A stretch of DNA of 64,000 bases from Bdellovibrionaceae bacterium UBA3535 (GTDB lineage Bacteria > Bdellovibrionota > Bdellovibrionia > Bdellovibrionales > UBA840), in the NCBI GenBank assembly GCA_002376845.1, contig DFOS01000028.1, positions 1,029 to 65,028 on the forward strand, given 5' to 3'. The notes beneath the pieces are model-generated. The model searched no databases, was not told the DNA's origin, and saw only the letters and a list, made by a program, of their open reading frames with translations. Below are positions 46,511-56,612 of this stretch, piece by piece; position 1 is the first letter of the stretch; the number at the start of each line of letters is the position of its first letter. A program made the translations under genes and the position numbers.

Positions 46511-47611
46511 ATGCAAATTCAGCTTACGCAAAAATCCGATGACCCTAACTTACGCAAGTTTTTTGAGCAAATCCCCATTCCCGGCAGCATAGAATACAAA
46601 GTGGAAAGGCCTTCTGGTTTTTTTGCCCATGCTGAGCAAAATTTTGCGGCCACAGATGCTTTGATGCTAAGTGATGAAGAAAAGATTCACGCCTGCTTGT
46701 CCATTAATACGCGAGAGGCATTTTTGCAGGACTGGAAAAATATTGGCTGGGCCACGGATTTGCGCTTGTCCTCTAACCGAAAAGCCGTACGTTATTTTTT
46801 TGATCATTTTTTGGAAGACATAAAAAAACTACGACGAGAAAAAAACTTAGATTTTATTTTAAGTTTTATCAACAAGACCAATCAAATTGCTTTTAACACA
46901 TTTATACGGCCAAGATCTTTGCGTGAAAACCATCCTCGCTTTCATTTGCTTACCAATTTTTACCGCGTATCCGTTTATGCAAAAATTCCTTTTCTATATT
47001 TTCCTTTACAGACCCTGAGAATTCGCTCGCTCGACAACCACAATATTGAGGCCCTTAGCCGCTATTTAGCTCGTAAAGCCAAGCGCAGATTCTTAGCTTA
47101 TCGCTATTCTGTAGAACTATTAGAACAAAGAATGAATCAATGGATCAATTTCAACAAGGAGAACTTTTTAATTGCCTACGATGCTAGAGGTAATATCGTG
47201 GGCTGCGTTGCCCCTTGGAATACGCGCAAAACTCAGCGCTATGAAATTATCAAATACAACGACTTTTATGAAAATATGCGGCAACTGAACCGGATCACTT
47301 CCTATATGGGAATTACCAAAAATATGCCCGCACCTGGTAGTATGGCAGACTTTTATTTTCTTACCCACCTGAATGCAGACAACCCCTACATCTTTCATCG
47401 GCTGCTACATGAATCCTTACAATTCTGCTCGAATGACCAATATTTAGTTTATACAAGTTTTGAAAACGATAGATTGTACAAACCACCTAAAGATGTCGTG
47501 CATACCAAAAGCAAATTCGGACTTTACTTGGTTTTAGAACCAGGTGAAGACTTGCCCTTCACCCACCTTCCAAGTGATACCATACCTGATTTTGAAATTG
47601 CCTTCCTTTAG
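46511..47611 (+). CDS. hypothetical protein
   Basis: 366-aa ATG ORF with no motif I can name. The C-terminal half loosely resembles an acyl-transferase-like alpha/beta region. Function not assigned. Confidence 0.5.
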   Translation: MQIQLTQKSDDPNLRKFFEQIPIPGSIEYKVERPSGFFAHAEQNFAATDALMLSDEEKIHACLSINTREAFLQDWKNIGWATDLRLSSNRKAVRYFFDHFLEDIKKLRREKNLDFILSFINKTNQIAFNTFIRPRSLRENHPRFHLLTNFYRVSVYAKIPFLYFPLQTLRIRSLDNHNIEALSRYLARKAKRRFLAYRYSVELLEQRMNQWINFNKENFLIAYDARGNIVGCVAPWNTRKTQRYEIIKYNDFYENMRQLNRITSYMGITKNMPAPGSMADFYFLTHLNADNPYIFHRLLHESLQFCSNDQYLVYTSFENDRLYKPPKDVVHTKSKFGLYLVLEPGEDLPFTHLPSDTIPDFEIAFL

Positions 47612-48285
47612 TTTGCAATGCCTTGCAAATCACGACTCATAGAGTCCCAAAACCAAGTCAACATGGGGTCCATATTGATTAGCTCCTCGACTTGCATATC
47701 AGAAAACAGAACTGGGTCTGCATAAGAGGACACCAATGTATTACACGGCCCCACATTGATGACGCGCCCAATGGCATGATCCTCTCTTAGCTGTACGATC
47801 ATGGACTCCACATCATCCTGCTTTTCAATTAAGACCTTGTATCCCTCATCTGTGAGCTTGTAGGCCTCTAGCTTTTGCGGCAAGACTCCCGATGATAGTT
47901 GAAATACCTCATTGCTATCTTGTTGAAACAAACATAGTTCTACATACTCTTTTAAGCTGATTGTAGAAGTCAAAACCTTCACAGGGCTATAAACATCTTC
48001 TGCACATACAAGTACATCTGCAGGTTCTTTGGACTTGTAGTAACGGCGACAAAGACCGATTTGCACCAAACCAACACATAGCTTGCGAAACTTCTCCGTT
48101 GACCAAAAACGAGTATCATCTGCAGACATAAAAGAAATCAAATCAACCGGATTCGGGCAAATTTGGTCAATACAAATCTGAGCTTCTTTTAAAGTAGCTA
48201 CGACCTCTGGTATTCTGATAACATTTGAACGGACTTCTGAAAAATCGATTGTTCCTTGATTTGCGAAAACAAGTGCTGTTTTCAT
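47608..48285 (-). CDS. hypothetical protein (weak FabD-like N-terminal resemblance, nucleophile absent)
   Basis: The N-terminus KTALVFANQGT resembles the FabD block FVFPGQGSQ. At the place of GHSLGE the protein reads VCAEDV. 225 aa. The resemblance is tentative. Confidence 0.5.
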   Translation of the reverse strand: MKTALVFANQGTIDFSEVRSNVIRIPEVVATLKEAQICIDQICPNPVDLISFMSADDTRFWSTEKFRKLCVGLVQIGLCRRYYKSKEPADVLVCAEDVYSPVKVLTSTISLKEYVELCLFQQDSNEVFQLSSGVLPQKLEAYKLTDEGYKVLIEKQDDVESMIVQLREDHAIGRVINVGPCNTLVSSYADPVLFSDMQVEELINMDPMLTWFWDSMSRDLQGIAN

Positions 48286-48534
48286 ACCCCCCCTTTTGTT
48301 GAACGTCCATCCCCTATGGACATTACTCTTATATGAAGATGCGAAATAAGTGCCAAGTAAGAATTAAAATAATCCTTCCTAAGAAGCTCAAATGTCTCAT
48401 ATTGATGCAGGTCTTGATAAAAACTTCATGCTGCTATAAAGTTTTTATACAAAACACGCTTCTAAAAAACCCCCGACCATCATCCAGAAGAAGTTCGAAA
48501 ATGTTTATTTTCCAGCATATTTACCGATTAGAAA

Positions 48535-49581
48535 ATGAGGCTGATGATGCAATTACCACTTTTAAAATCTAGTTTTTTTGCAAACTTAGATAGCAATAGT
48601 TTAAGTAATCTATTGACCGCATCCAATGATTGGTCAAAAGAAAAAATGCCTGTGGCAATATGGGATGATAAAATCATCATTGCTTTAGCTAAAGAAGATA
48701 TTTCTTGTGAAGAAATTCAAGTGCCACATATAAAAGTTTTAGCGCCAGCTAAACAGCTAGAAGAACTTTACAATAGTCTTTTTAGTGAAAAGGTAGAACC
48801 CGCAGCCATGCCGGAATTATCCTTTGAAAATTTAAATGCCCAGCCTGTTGCCGAAGCACCCGTTGTAGGCAATGACCAAGCCGAGCAAGAAAGTGAGAAA
48901 GCGCAAAGTACTAGCTCGTTAAATCTAGATTTTAGCGATTTAACGGTAAATGAAAACCCTACCAAAAATGAAGAAAGCGAAAGCCAGCAGCAAGAAAGCT
49001 TGCCTGCATCGCAAGAAGAGGAAGAGCCCGCCCAAATCAGCAAAGGCGATATGCCGCAAGCAAGCCCTGAACCTCAAAGTCAAAATGCCGAAAAAGAGCA
49101 AGACGAAGATGTCTTTGTCGCGCAAGAAAAGACGGCAACTCTACACACCGACACAAACTCTCTAGCACACAAAATGAAAGACTTGATATACAATTTCGAG
49201 CCTTATTTTGATCGCGTACTGCAACTAGATAAACAAGACAATAAATTAATCTACAACACACATCTTGGTGAGTGGCCGCTGGATCAAAATGCCTCTTTAG
49301 AAGTAGACTTATCGAATAACAGTATTTTTAAAATTGTAAACAAAACCAAACACTCTTATCACGGATATATGGTGGCCAATCCAATTAACAATGCCTTCTT
49401 ACAAGCATACAACGGCGGAAACCTGCCTGAGCATATTACTGTAGTGCCGGTAATTGAAGGAAATGAAATCCAATCCATGATCGTGGGCATAACTAGTAAG
49501 TTCAAAGCCAAGAAAATAAAGATTCAAAATTTAGAGGAAATGGCACTATTAGAACCTGAGGATTCGCAATTAGCGGCTTAG
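48535..49581 (+). CDS. hypothetical protein with long acidic Glu/Gln/Ser-rich linker
   Basis: 348 aa with structured N- and C-terminal parts separated by about 120 low-complexity acidic residues. The true start may be the third Met (GAGG 6 nt upstream). Confidence 0.5.
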   Translation: MRLMMQLPLLKSSFFANLDSNSLSNLLTASNDWSKEKMPVAIWDDKIIIALAKEDISCEEIQVPHIKVLAPAKQLEELYNSLFSEKVEPAAMPELSFENLNAQPVAEAPVVGNDQAEQESEKAQSTSSLNLDFSDLTVNENPTKNEESESQQQESLPASQEEEEPAQISKGDMPQASPEPQSQNAEKEQDEDVFVAQEKTATLHTDTNSLAHKMKDLIYNFEPYFDRVLQLDKQDNKLIYNTHLGEWPLDQNASLEVDLSNNSIFKIVNKTKHSYHGYMVANPINNAFLQAYNGGNLPEHITVVPVIEGNEIQSMIVGITSKFKAKKIKIQNLEEMALLEPEDSQLAA

Positions 49582-50295
49582 TATTGCCTGCATTTTTTTT
49601 ACCACCGTTTCCAATCCTTCAAAGACAGAATAGCAAATAATGGCGTGCCCAATGTTCACTTCTTTTAGGTGTGGTAGCTTAGTAATTTCTTTGGTCGTTT
49701 GATAATCCAAACCATGACCTGCATGTACATTTAAGCCTAGCTGGTTGGCAGCAAGGGCCGCCTCTTCTAGCTTTTTCCACTCCTGCATTTTTTCTTCATT
49801 CTTGAGTAAAACCCACTTACCTGTATGAAACTCCACGGCATCGGCAGCAATATTTTTACAGGACTGAACTTGCGATAAGCTGGGTTCAATGAACATGGAG
49901 GAGCGAATGTTGTGCCTGCGAAAGGTGGCAACTAGTTTTGCCAGTTTGCCCTCTTGTTTCGCTACATCAAGCCCGCCCTCGGTAGTTAACTCTTCACGTT
50001 TTTCTGGCACAAAGCAAACCCAATCCGGTTGATACTTCAACACCATAGCTTCCATTTCTTCGCTGGCGGCCATCTCCAAATTAATGGGAAGCAAACGCTC
50101 TTCACACAAAAGTTTTACATCCTCCTCTTGAATGTGCCTACGATCTTCCCGTAAATGAATGGTGATTTGATCTACATGCTGCTTTGCGAGTATTTTCACC
50201 GCTTCACGTAGATCAGGATAATCCGTTGTGCATCCCCTAACTTGCCGAAGAGTAGCAATATGATCAATGTTTACGCCTAAACGAATCTTGGTCAT
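49570..50295 (-). CDS. pdxJ: pyridoxine 5'-phosphate synthase
   Basis: LGVNIDHIATLRQVRG, HLREDRRHI, EFHTG and the NIGHAII blocks of PdxJ. Confidence 0.95.
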   Translation of the reverse strand: MTKIRLGVNIDHIATLRQVRGCTTDYPDLREAVKILAKQHVDQITIHLREDRRHIQEEDVKLLCEERLLPINLEMAASEEMEAMVLKYQPDWVCFVPEKREELTTEGGLDVAKQEGKLAKLVATFRRHNIRSSMFIEPSLSQVQSCKNIAADAVEFHTGKWVLLKNEEKMQEWKKLEEAALAANQLGLNVHAGHGLDYQTTKEITKLPHLKEVNIGHAIICYSVFEGLETVVKKMQAILSR

Positions 50296-51653
50296 AAAAG
50301 CTCTTTTTTCAGAACATCGGATATTTCATCGGCAATTTTATGAATCAGAGACATGCTTGGCCCCTCAACAAGAATTCTTAGCAATGGTTCTGTACCTGAA
50401 TAACGAACAAAAGTTCTTCCTTCTCCTTTTAATCGGTCTTGTGCTTTTGCTACCACTTCTTTGTATGCAGGCAAATCCTCAAATGCTTTCTTTTCTTTAA
50501 CTCTAAGATTTTTTAAGACTTGCGGCACATCTTGCATTACGGAATTTAATTCTGAAAGCTTACAGTTTTTTTCCTTCATTACCGCAAGGACATTCAAAGA
50601 GGCAATCAAGCCATCACCAGTAGTAGAGTGATCTAAAAAGATAATATGTCCACTCTGCTCTCCGCCCAATACATACTGGTGCTTTCGCATTTCTTCTACA
50701 ATATGCTTATCCCCTACTTTCGTTGTTACTACTTGAATGTCATTGGCCGCCATCAATTTACGAAGACCAAAATTACTCATTTCTGTGCAAACGATGGTAT
50801 TCTTATGCAAACGACCTTTCGATTTTAGAAATAGGGCGCTAATAGCCAATATATGGTCACCATTGATCATTCTACCTGTCTCATCCACCATAATCACTCG
50901 GTCAGCATCGCCATCTAAAGAAATCCCCACATCCGCTCGGTATTCCAATACGGCTTCTGCTAGTCGGTGCGGGTGCAAGGCGCCGCACTCATCATTGATA
51001 TTGGTCCCGTTAGGTTCATTGCCAATGACTTTGACCTCAGCCCCAAGCTCTTGAAATACCGCTGGAGCGGCCTTGTAAGCTGCCCCGTTGGCACAATCCA
51101 AAACAATGCGAATATTTTCTAGCGAGTCCTGCCAAGGAAAGGAGTTTTTCACAAAAACTATGTAGCGCCCAAGGGAGTCGTCAATTCTTCTGGAACGACC
51201 TACCTCATTAGAAGGAGCTAGTTTATCGTTAAGCTCCCCGGAAAAAACAAGCTCCTCAATTTCTTTTTCCATTTTGGCGGATATTTTATAGCCATCAGCA
51301 CCAAAAATTTTGATCCCATTGTCGTAGTAGGCATTATGACTTGCCGAAATCACGATTCCTGCTTCGGCTCGCATATTTCTAGCTAAAAAACCAATCCCGG
51401 GTGTGGGCAGTGGCCCAACAAGTTGAACATGCACCCCCATAGAATTCAATCCAGAAGCCAATGCCATCTCAATCATATAACCCGACAAACGGGTATCTTT
51501 TCCTATAAGCACGGAGATCTTATGACCAGGCTTTGCATCTCTTCGTAAAATATGACCCAGTGCTTGGCCCACTCTTAATACAATATCATTGGTCATTGGA
51601 TATTCATTGGCCTTTCCTCGAATACCATCGGTTCCAAATAAATTTTTAGCCAT
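50292..51653 (-). CDS. glmM: phosphoglucosamine mutase
   Basis: FGTDGIRG, phosphoserine loop ISASHNAYYDNGIK, metal loop LDGDADR, GEQSGH. The start at Met 51653 is preferred over the ORF-track start at 51677. Confidence 0.95.
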   Translation of the reverse strand: MAKNLFGTDGIRGKANEYPMTNDIVLRVGQALGHILRRDAKPGHKISVLIGKDTRLSGYMIEMALASGLNSMGVHVQLVGPLPTPGIGFLARNMRAEAGIVISASHNAYYDNGIKIFGADGYKISAKMEKEIEELVFSGELNDKLAPSNEVGRSRRIDDSLGRYIVFVKNSFPWQDSLENIRIVLDCANGAAYKAAPAVFQELGAEVKVIGNEPNGTNINDECGALHPHRLAEAVLEYRADVGISLDGDADRVIMVDETGRMINGDHILAISALFLKSKGRLHKNTIVCTEMSNFGLRKLMAANDIQVVTTKVGDKHIVEEMRKHQYVLGGEQSGHIIFLDHSTTGDGLIASLNVLAVMKEKNCKLSELNSVMQDVPQVLKNLRVKEKKAFEDLPAYKEVVAKAQDRLKGEGRTFVRYSGTEPLLRILVEGPSMSLIHKIADEISDVLKKELL

Positions 51654-52038
51654 TTTCATCTGCCTCTCTAATTTCAATATTTAAGTATCTTGGTTGAATG
51701 GAAATAAGATTCACACCAAAGGGTAAATCTAGTTTATCTTCGCGAATTTCCAAGCGCAAAAAAGGATTTTTTGTATTGTATATGACATATTGAATGCGTG
51801 GTTTACTTCTTAAATAACGTCGGATCAATTTAGGATTCCCGCGAAAGACCACATCCGCCTGATCTGGATCCATTCGTTTTAAAACATAGTTTTGCGGCAC
51901 TTTAATATCAATGGGAATCTGTGCGCTTTCCTGCATATCGTCCCGGCCAATAATAAAGAGCCAAAGTATAATGGCAATGAATAGAGCTAAAATCTTATAG
52001 GTGAAATTCTCAAATAAGATGCTTTTCAAATTAAGCAT
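51646..52038 (-). CDS. YbbR-like (CdaR-type) single-domain membrane-anchored protein
   Basis: N-terminal TM helix plus one ~90-aa beta-rich YbbR-like unit. Its position between cdaA and glmM matches cdaR in the conserved cdaA-cdaR-glmM operon. Confidence 0.6.
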   Translation of the reverse strand: MLNLKSILFENFTYKILALFIAIILWLFIIGRDDMQESAQIPIDIKVPQNYVLKRMDPDQADVVFRGNPKLIRRYLRSKPRIQYVIYNTKNPFLRLEIREDKLDLPFGVNLISIQPRYLNIEIREADENG

Positions 52039-52840
52039 GGGCCAAGCCCCCTCTAGGAGCCTTTACTTGAAAAGCTTCTATCAATAAGTGCATAAGATCT
52101 TCATTGCGTGCAAAAACTTTTATCTCACCTTGTTCGGCTACGGCTACTGTTTTACGCTCCTCACTCACAATTATAACCAAGGCATCCGTATCTTCCGAAA
52201 TCCCTAAAGCCGCTCGATGGCGCGTGCCGTAGCTTGCCGCTAGGTTTGGGTTTTTTGAAAGTGGCAAAAAGCTTCCGGCACTAATTACACGCCCGCCCCG
52301 TATCAATATGGCTCCATCATGCAAGGGGCCCTCTGGATGAAATATACTTAATAGCAGCTCAGCTCTTATTTCTGCATTCAGATCTGTACCTTTTTGTATA
52401 TAATTATCAAGACCGATTTCTCTTTCTAGTACGATCAACGCGCCATAACCCTTACTGGCCAATGCAAATGTGCCCTTCGATAGCTCTTCCAAAACATGCA
52501 TCTCTTGATTTGCCGAAACACCTCCTAAAAAAGGACTTTTCCCTATATGAGCTAGAGCACGGCGAATGTCGCCTTGAAATAAAACAATGATAATCAAAAA
52601 CAAATTATCAAAAAACTGTTTCAAAACCCAATGCAGAGTACTTAACTCCAACCAGATGGATGTAATATACGCTAGAGTCACGACGGCCAAACCAGTCAAG
52701 ATTTGTACAGCACCAGTTCCGCGTATAAATGTTAGAATTTTATAAATTATGATCCAAACAAAGATAACATCCAAAAAATCATACCACTCTAGATGGGACC
52801 ATATTAGGGAGAGGTTTTGAATGATGGATGTAATGTTCAA
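52031..52840 (-). CDS. cdaA: diadenylate cyclase CdaA (DisA_N/DAC domain)
   Basis: Three N-terminal TM helices, then GALIVLE, HDGAILIRG and GTRHRAALGISEDTDALVIIVSEE DAC-domain motifs. Confidence 0.9.
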   Translation of the reverse strand: MNITSIIQNLSLIWSHLEWYDFLDVIFVWIIIYKILTFIRGTGAVQILTGLAVVTLAYITSIWLELSTLHWVLKQFFDNLFLIIIVLFQGDIRRALAHIGKSPFLGGVSANQEMHVLEELSKGTFALASKGYGALIVLEREIGLDNYIQKGTDLNAEIRAELLLSIFHPEGPLHDGAILIRGGRVISAGSFLPLSKNPNLAASYGTRHRAALGISEDTDALVIIVSEERKTVAVAEQGEIKVFARNEDLMHLLIEAFQVKAPRGGLAHA

Positions 52841-52850
52841 CGCAAACCTC

Positions 52851-54854
52851 TTATGCGATTACTGGTCCAGAATCACCTACGGGATCTTTTGAGCCGTCTT
52901 TTTGTTCTTCTTCTTGTTGTTTCAGTTTTTCTAGTCGTTCCTTTTCTAGAAGTTTTCGTTTGGATTCTTCATCTTCTTTGGCCAGTTTTTCTTCCATGTC
53001 TTTTCTTCGCTGAACGATATCATCTAGTTGTTTGCCTTCCAAAATCATATTGATTTCAGCACCGTCTACCGTCTCCAACTCCAACAAAGCCTGAGAGAGA
53101 ACCTCTAGCTTATCGCGGTTTTCTTCAAGAACCTTTTTCGCCAATTTATAATTGGCATCAACAATTTCTTTTACTTCCTTATCAATATCCTCTCGTACTT
53201 TTTCAGAGTAATTGTGTTGATCTTGCGATTGCTGCAAACCTAAAAATACAGGGCCCGAATTGCTTTCGTAGGCAATCGGACCTAGGCGATCACTCATTCC
53301 CCACTCACAAACCATTTTTCGGGCAATTTCGGTTGCACGTTCAATATCGTTACTAGCACCACTAGTAATGTCGCCAAACACAATGGCTTCAGCCACTCTG
53401 CCGCCAAACATATAAGCTAGAGTTGCCTCAGCCTTGGACTTAGAATAGTTCAGACGATCCTCATCGGGCTGCACTTGGGTGTAACCCAAAGCCATGCCTC
53501 GAGGAATGATGGTAACCTTGTTTACTGGATCGCCGTTTGGAACTATTTTTGCCACCAATGCATGTCCTGCTTCATGGTAAGCCGTAATTTTACGATCATT
53601 CTCACTGATTTTCATCGAGCGGCGCTCACTCCCCATGATCACCTTGTCCTTAGCATATTCAAAGTCTTGCATGGTAAGTAGGTTTTTGCCCGTACGAGCT
53701 GCGTTTAGCGCCGCCTCGTTCACAAGGGATTCAATTTCCGCACCAGTAAAACCAGCACATCCCGCAGCAATACGGTGCAAATCCACATCTTGTGCCAGCG
53801 GCGTTTTACGCGTATGCACTTTCAGGATTTCTTCGCGTCCACGAACATCCGGGCGTGGTACCATGATCCGTCGGTCAAAACGACCTGGACGAAGTAGTGC
53901 CGGATCTAAAATATCAGGACGGTTGGTCGCCGCAATGATGATAACACCTTCATTGCTTTCAAAGCCGTCCATCTCCACAAGCAATTGATCCAAGGTTTGT
54001 TCGCGCTCGTCATGTCCGCCGCCAAGACCTGCGCCGCGGTGTCTACCAACGGCATCGATTTCATCAATGAATATAATGCAAGGAGCGTTCTTTTTACCTT
54101 GTTCAAATAAATCACGAACGCGCGAGGCACCCACACCAACAAACATTTCCACAAAGTCCGAACCGGAAATAGTGAAAAATGGTACACCCGCTTCGCCGGC
54201 TACAGCTCTTGCAAGTAGGGTTTTCCCTGTTCCGGGTGATCCCGCAAGCAATACACCTTTCGGTATACGGCCTCCAAGGCGAGTGAACTTTTTTGGATCT
54301 TTTAAGAACTCGACAATTTCTGACAATTCCTCTTTGCTTTCTTCTACCCCGGCCACATCGTTGAAAGTAACTTTGTTTTTGGACTCATGTAAAAGCTTGG
54401 CTTTGGACTTACCAAAACTCAAAGCTTTGCCGCCACCTGCTTGCAACTGCCGCATAAAAAAGAGGAAGATCACTAACAAGAGAATAATGGGCAAGGAATT
54501 TACCAGGAGTGTAGTGAAAAATGAGTTGTTCTCGGTTTTTTCGTAGTTGGGTATTATACCATAATCATTTTTTAAGGTTTTATAGACCTCATCGCCAGTA
54601 TTCCCAACAATGACAAAGCTTTCTGCTTTGTAGGATTGTTTGCCCTGATCGTTGAATTTACCCAAAATTTCGCCGTTGTCTCGAAAAACAATGCTATCTT
54701 TTTGAATTTCCTCATTCTCCAGAGCTTGCATGAATTTGGCGAAATTAAATTGATTGGCCATTTTCGATTGTTGTTTCTCAAAGGATTGATACAATACCAT
54801 GGCGCCAATTAACAGAAGCGCCCAGAAAGCTAGAGTTTTTTGATTAGATCGCAT
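52851..54854 (-). CDS. ftsH: ATP-dependent zinc metalloprotease FtsH
   Basis: Walker A GSPGTGKT, Walker [32 protein letters not shown], and zinc site HEAGHA. Confidence 0.97.
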   Translation of the reverse strand: MRSNQKTLAFWALLLIGAMVLYQSFEKQQSKMANQFNFAKFMQALENEEIQKDSIVFRDNGEILGKFNDQGKQSYKAESFVIVGNTGDEVYKTLKNDYGIIPNYEKTENNSFFTTLLVNSLPIILLLVIFLFFMRQLQAGGGKALSFGKSKAKLLHESKNKVTFNDVAGVEESKEELSEIVEFLKDPKKFTRLGGRIPKGVLLAGSPGTGKTLLARAVAGEAGVPFFTISGSDFVEMFVGVGASRVRDLFEQGKKNAPCIIFIDEIDAVGRHRGAGLGGGHDEREQTLDQLLVEMDGFESNEGVIIIAATNRPDILDPALLRPGRFDRRIMVPRPDVRGREEILKVHTRKTPLAQDVDLHRIAAGCAGFTGAEIESLVNEAALNAARTGKNLLTMQDFEYAKDKVIMGSERRSMKISENDRKITAYHEAGHALVAKIVPNGDPVNKVTIIPRGMALGYTQVQPDEDRLNYSKSKAEATLAYMFGGRVAEAIVFGDITSGASNDIERATEIARKMVCEWGMSDRLGPIAYESNSGPVFLGLQQSQDQHNYSEKVREDIDKEVKEIVDANYKLAKKVLEENRDKLEVLSQALLELETVDGAEINMILEGKQLDDIVQRRKDMEEKLAKEDEESKRKLLEKERLEKLKQQEEEQKDGSKDPVGDSGPVIA

Positions 54855-54936
54855 ATGAACTTCCTATAAAAAATTATATCCAGAATATCAGTACAGAGCG
54901 AAAGAAACAAGTTTGACCGGTAGACTAATCCTGTGT

Positions 54937-55884
54937 CTAAGACTCATCTGCACTTTGATCAAGCAGCACAATTTCCTCTGGACCTACGTGCCACTGCCTT
55001 CCCAACATGCTAAATATGTAGTCTTTTTTCCGGCAGTCAAGTCGCTTTAAAATCTCTTCTAACTGCCCTCTCTGGAAGCCAAATATGCGATTCTGACGCA
55101 AAAACAAGCTTAGCACCTGCAATTGATGCGAAAAGTCTAAATCCAAGCTAAAACGCCTTAGTAATTTCTCGCCATGCAACCATTGCTGGTAGCTTGCCTT
55201 TTTACTGATCCATTGCTCCGAAATATTAACAAGACTTTGAGCCATTCTATGATAGGAGCCCTTTTCTGCCGTTTCCAATTGCGGCAACCAAACATGTCGA
55301 AGCCAATTACGAAAATAGCTCATATCCTGATTGCTGGGATCTTGCATAACGGTGAAATCATGGTTTTGGTAAAACATCTTTAACTGCTTTTCATTGCATT
55401 CAATCAGCGGGCGAAAAATGCCTTCTGCATACTCCTGCATGGCCAGTAGGCCCTCTGGGCCACAGCCCCGTATCAAATGCATCATCCGAGATTCAAATTG
55501 ATCCCGCCAGTGGTGTGCCGTAACCACAAGCTCATCTGCTTGTTTTTCCTCATAAATGCATTGCCATCGAAAATTACGAAAGTCTTCTTCCGAACACAGC
55601 TCTTTGCTTCGATTTTTTTTGCATACCAAAGTAAGTTTTTCCGCCTCACATAGGTTTTGCAAATGCTGCAAAACCTGATCGCGATAGTCTTTGTTTTGCC
55701 CCTCCCCGTGGTGAACGTGTATGCAGCGAATGGATAGAGGGTAGAGTTTTTTTAATTCCAAAAAAGCAGCCAGAAGGGACAAAGAGTCCTGTCCGCCGGA
55801 AAGGGCAAAAAGAAAATTTGCCTGCTGCAATTGGTAAAACTTCATTTTTTTTTCTAAAAGATAAAGATGCTCTGGCAGACGCAT
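54937..55884 (-). CDS. tilS: tRNA(Ile)-lysidine synthase (short form)
   Basis: PP-loop FALSGGQDS. Its position directly upstream of ftsH matches many bacteria. At 315 aa it lacks the long C-terminal domain. Confidence 0.85.
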   Translation of the reverse strand: MRLPEHLYLLEKKMKFYQLQQANFLFALSGGQDSLSLLAAFLELKKLYPLSIRCIHVHHGEGQNKDYRDQVLQHLQNLCEAEKLTLVCKKNRSKELCSEEDFRNFRWQCIYEEKQADELVVTAHHWRDQFESRMMHLIRGCGPEGLLAMQEYAEGIFRPLIECNEKQLKMFYQNHDFTVMQDPSNQDMSYFRNWLRHVWLPQLETAEKGSYHRMAQSLVNISEQWISKKASYQQWLHGEKLLRRFSLDLDFSHQLQVLSLFLRQNRIFGFQRGQLEEILKRLDCRKKDYIFSMLGRQWHVGPEEIVLLDQSADES

Positions 55885-55886
55885 GC

Positions 55887-56612
55887 TTACCTCGTTTTCA
55901 TTACGTAATGAAAGTTATCATAGCCAGCTTTGTGCATGGATAGTACCACACAGGCGCCGCCAAAATCGCCCGAACTATCTTGCACGTAAAGCTTCTTGTT
56001 TCGCGGCAAAAATGCTTTATCCATTTTTGCATTGCGCGGCAAAATCAAACGCCCCGAAGTTTTCTCTAACCAATTTTGCCACTTGTATTGCTGGCTATCC
56101 ACTGCCTCTACCTGTGCCGGCAAGGCGTTTACAATAATGCCGGCATCCTGACTTTGCCAATAGGGTGAAGGCTTTTTCGTGCTATGTACTTCTTGCATAT
56201 GCCTTTTGCCCTCTATGGCTTGCTCCTTTCGAATAAAAACATTTTTGATTCCCATATTGTAAAGACTCAAAGCCACCAGACATTCTTCCGCCTTACCTTG
56301 CTGGGCCTTGCCGAGAACCATCACTTTAGAATCAAGTCCAATGCCCTTTCTCGCCAAAACTTGGGGCATCCTAGCAAGACTCTGGGCTTTGATGTATTGC
56401 TGCACATCCTGCCAGTGGGCATGAATTAGGTGTCCGGTACCATAGGAAAAATAAGGGCGCACATCTAGGAAGATGGCCTCTTGCTGCAAAGCTTTTTCCT
56501 CTTGCTCAATGATTCTAGCCGTTTTTTTTGCCGGATAGGTGCAAGCAATAAGTAAGAAAACAAGACTAGGACTTAGAAGATGGCCGCAACGTTGGAAATA
56601 ATATAATATCAC
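55887..56612 (-). CDS. rhodanese-like lipoprotein (probably catalytically inactive domains)
   Basis: Lipobox LLIAC. FLDVRPYFSYGTGHLIHAHW resembles the rhodanese N-terminal block. The second domain lacks an active-site Cys loop. Its 5' end overlaps lysS by 47 nt. Confidence 0.5.
   Translation of the reverse strand: MILYYFQRCGHLLSPSLVFLLIACTYPAKKTARIIEQEEKALQQEAIFLDVRPYFSYGTGHLIHAHWQDVQQYIKAQSLARMPQVLARKGIGLDSKVMVLGKAQQGKAEECLVALSLYNMGIKNVFIRKEQAIEGKRHMQEVHSTKKPSPYWQSQDAGIIVNALPAQVEAVDSQQYKWQNWLEKTSGRLILPRNAKMDKAFLPRNKKLYVQDSSGDFGGACVVLSMHKAGYDNFHYVMKTR

Noticed and set aside
48768-49261. A cluster of four overlapping 61-91-aa ORFs on both strands, inside the 48535..49581 gene.
   Set aside because: They coincide with the GAA/CAA/AGC-rich low-complexity acidic linker. 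Such repeats keep several frames open by composition alone.
53475-54546. Plus-strand ORFs of 68-159 aa inside ftsH. Similar ones lie inside ahcY (24279-24739), mutS, lysS and the DAACS transporter.
   Set aside because: These are shadow ORFs antisense or out of frame to genes with unambiguous family motifs. They have no RBS and no recognisable protein features.
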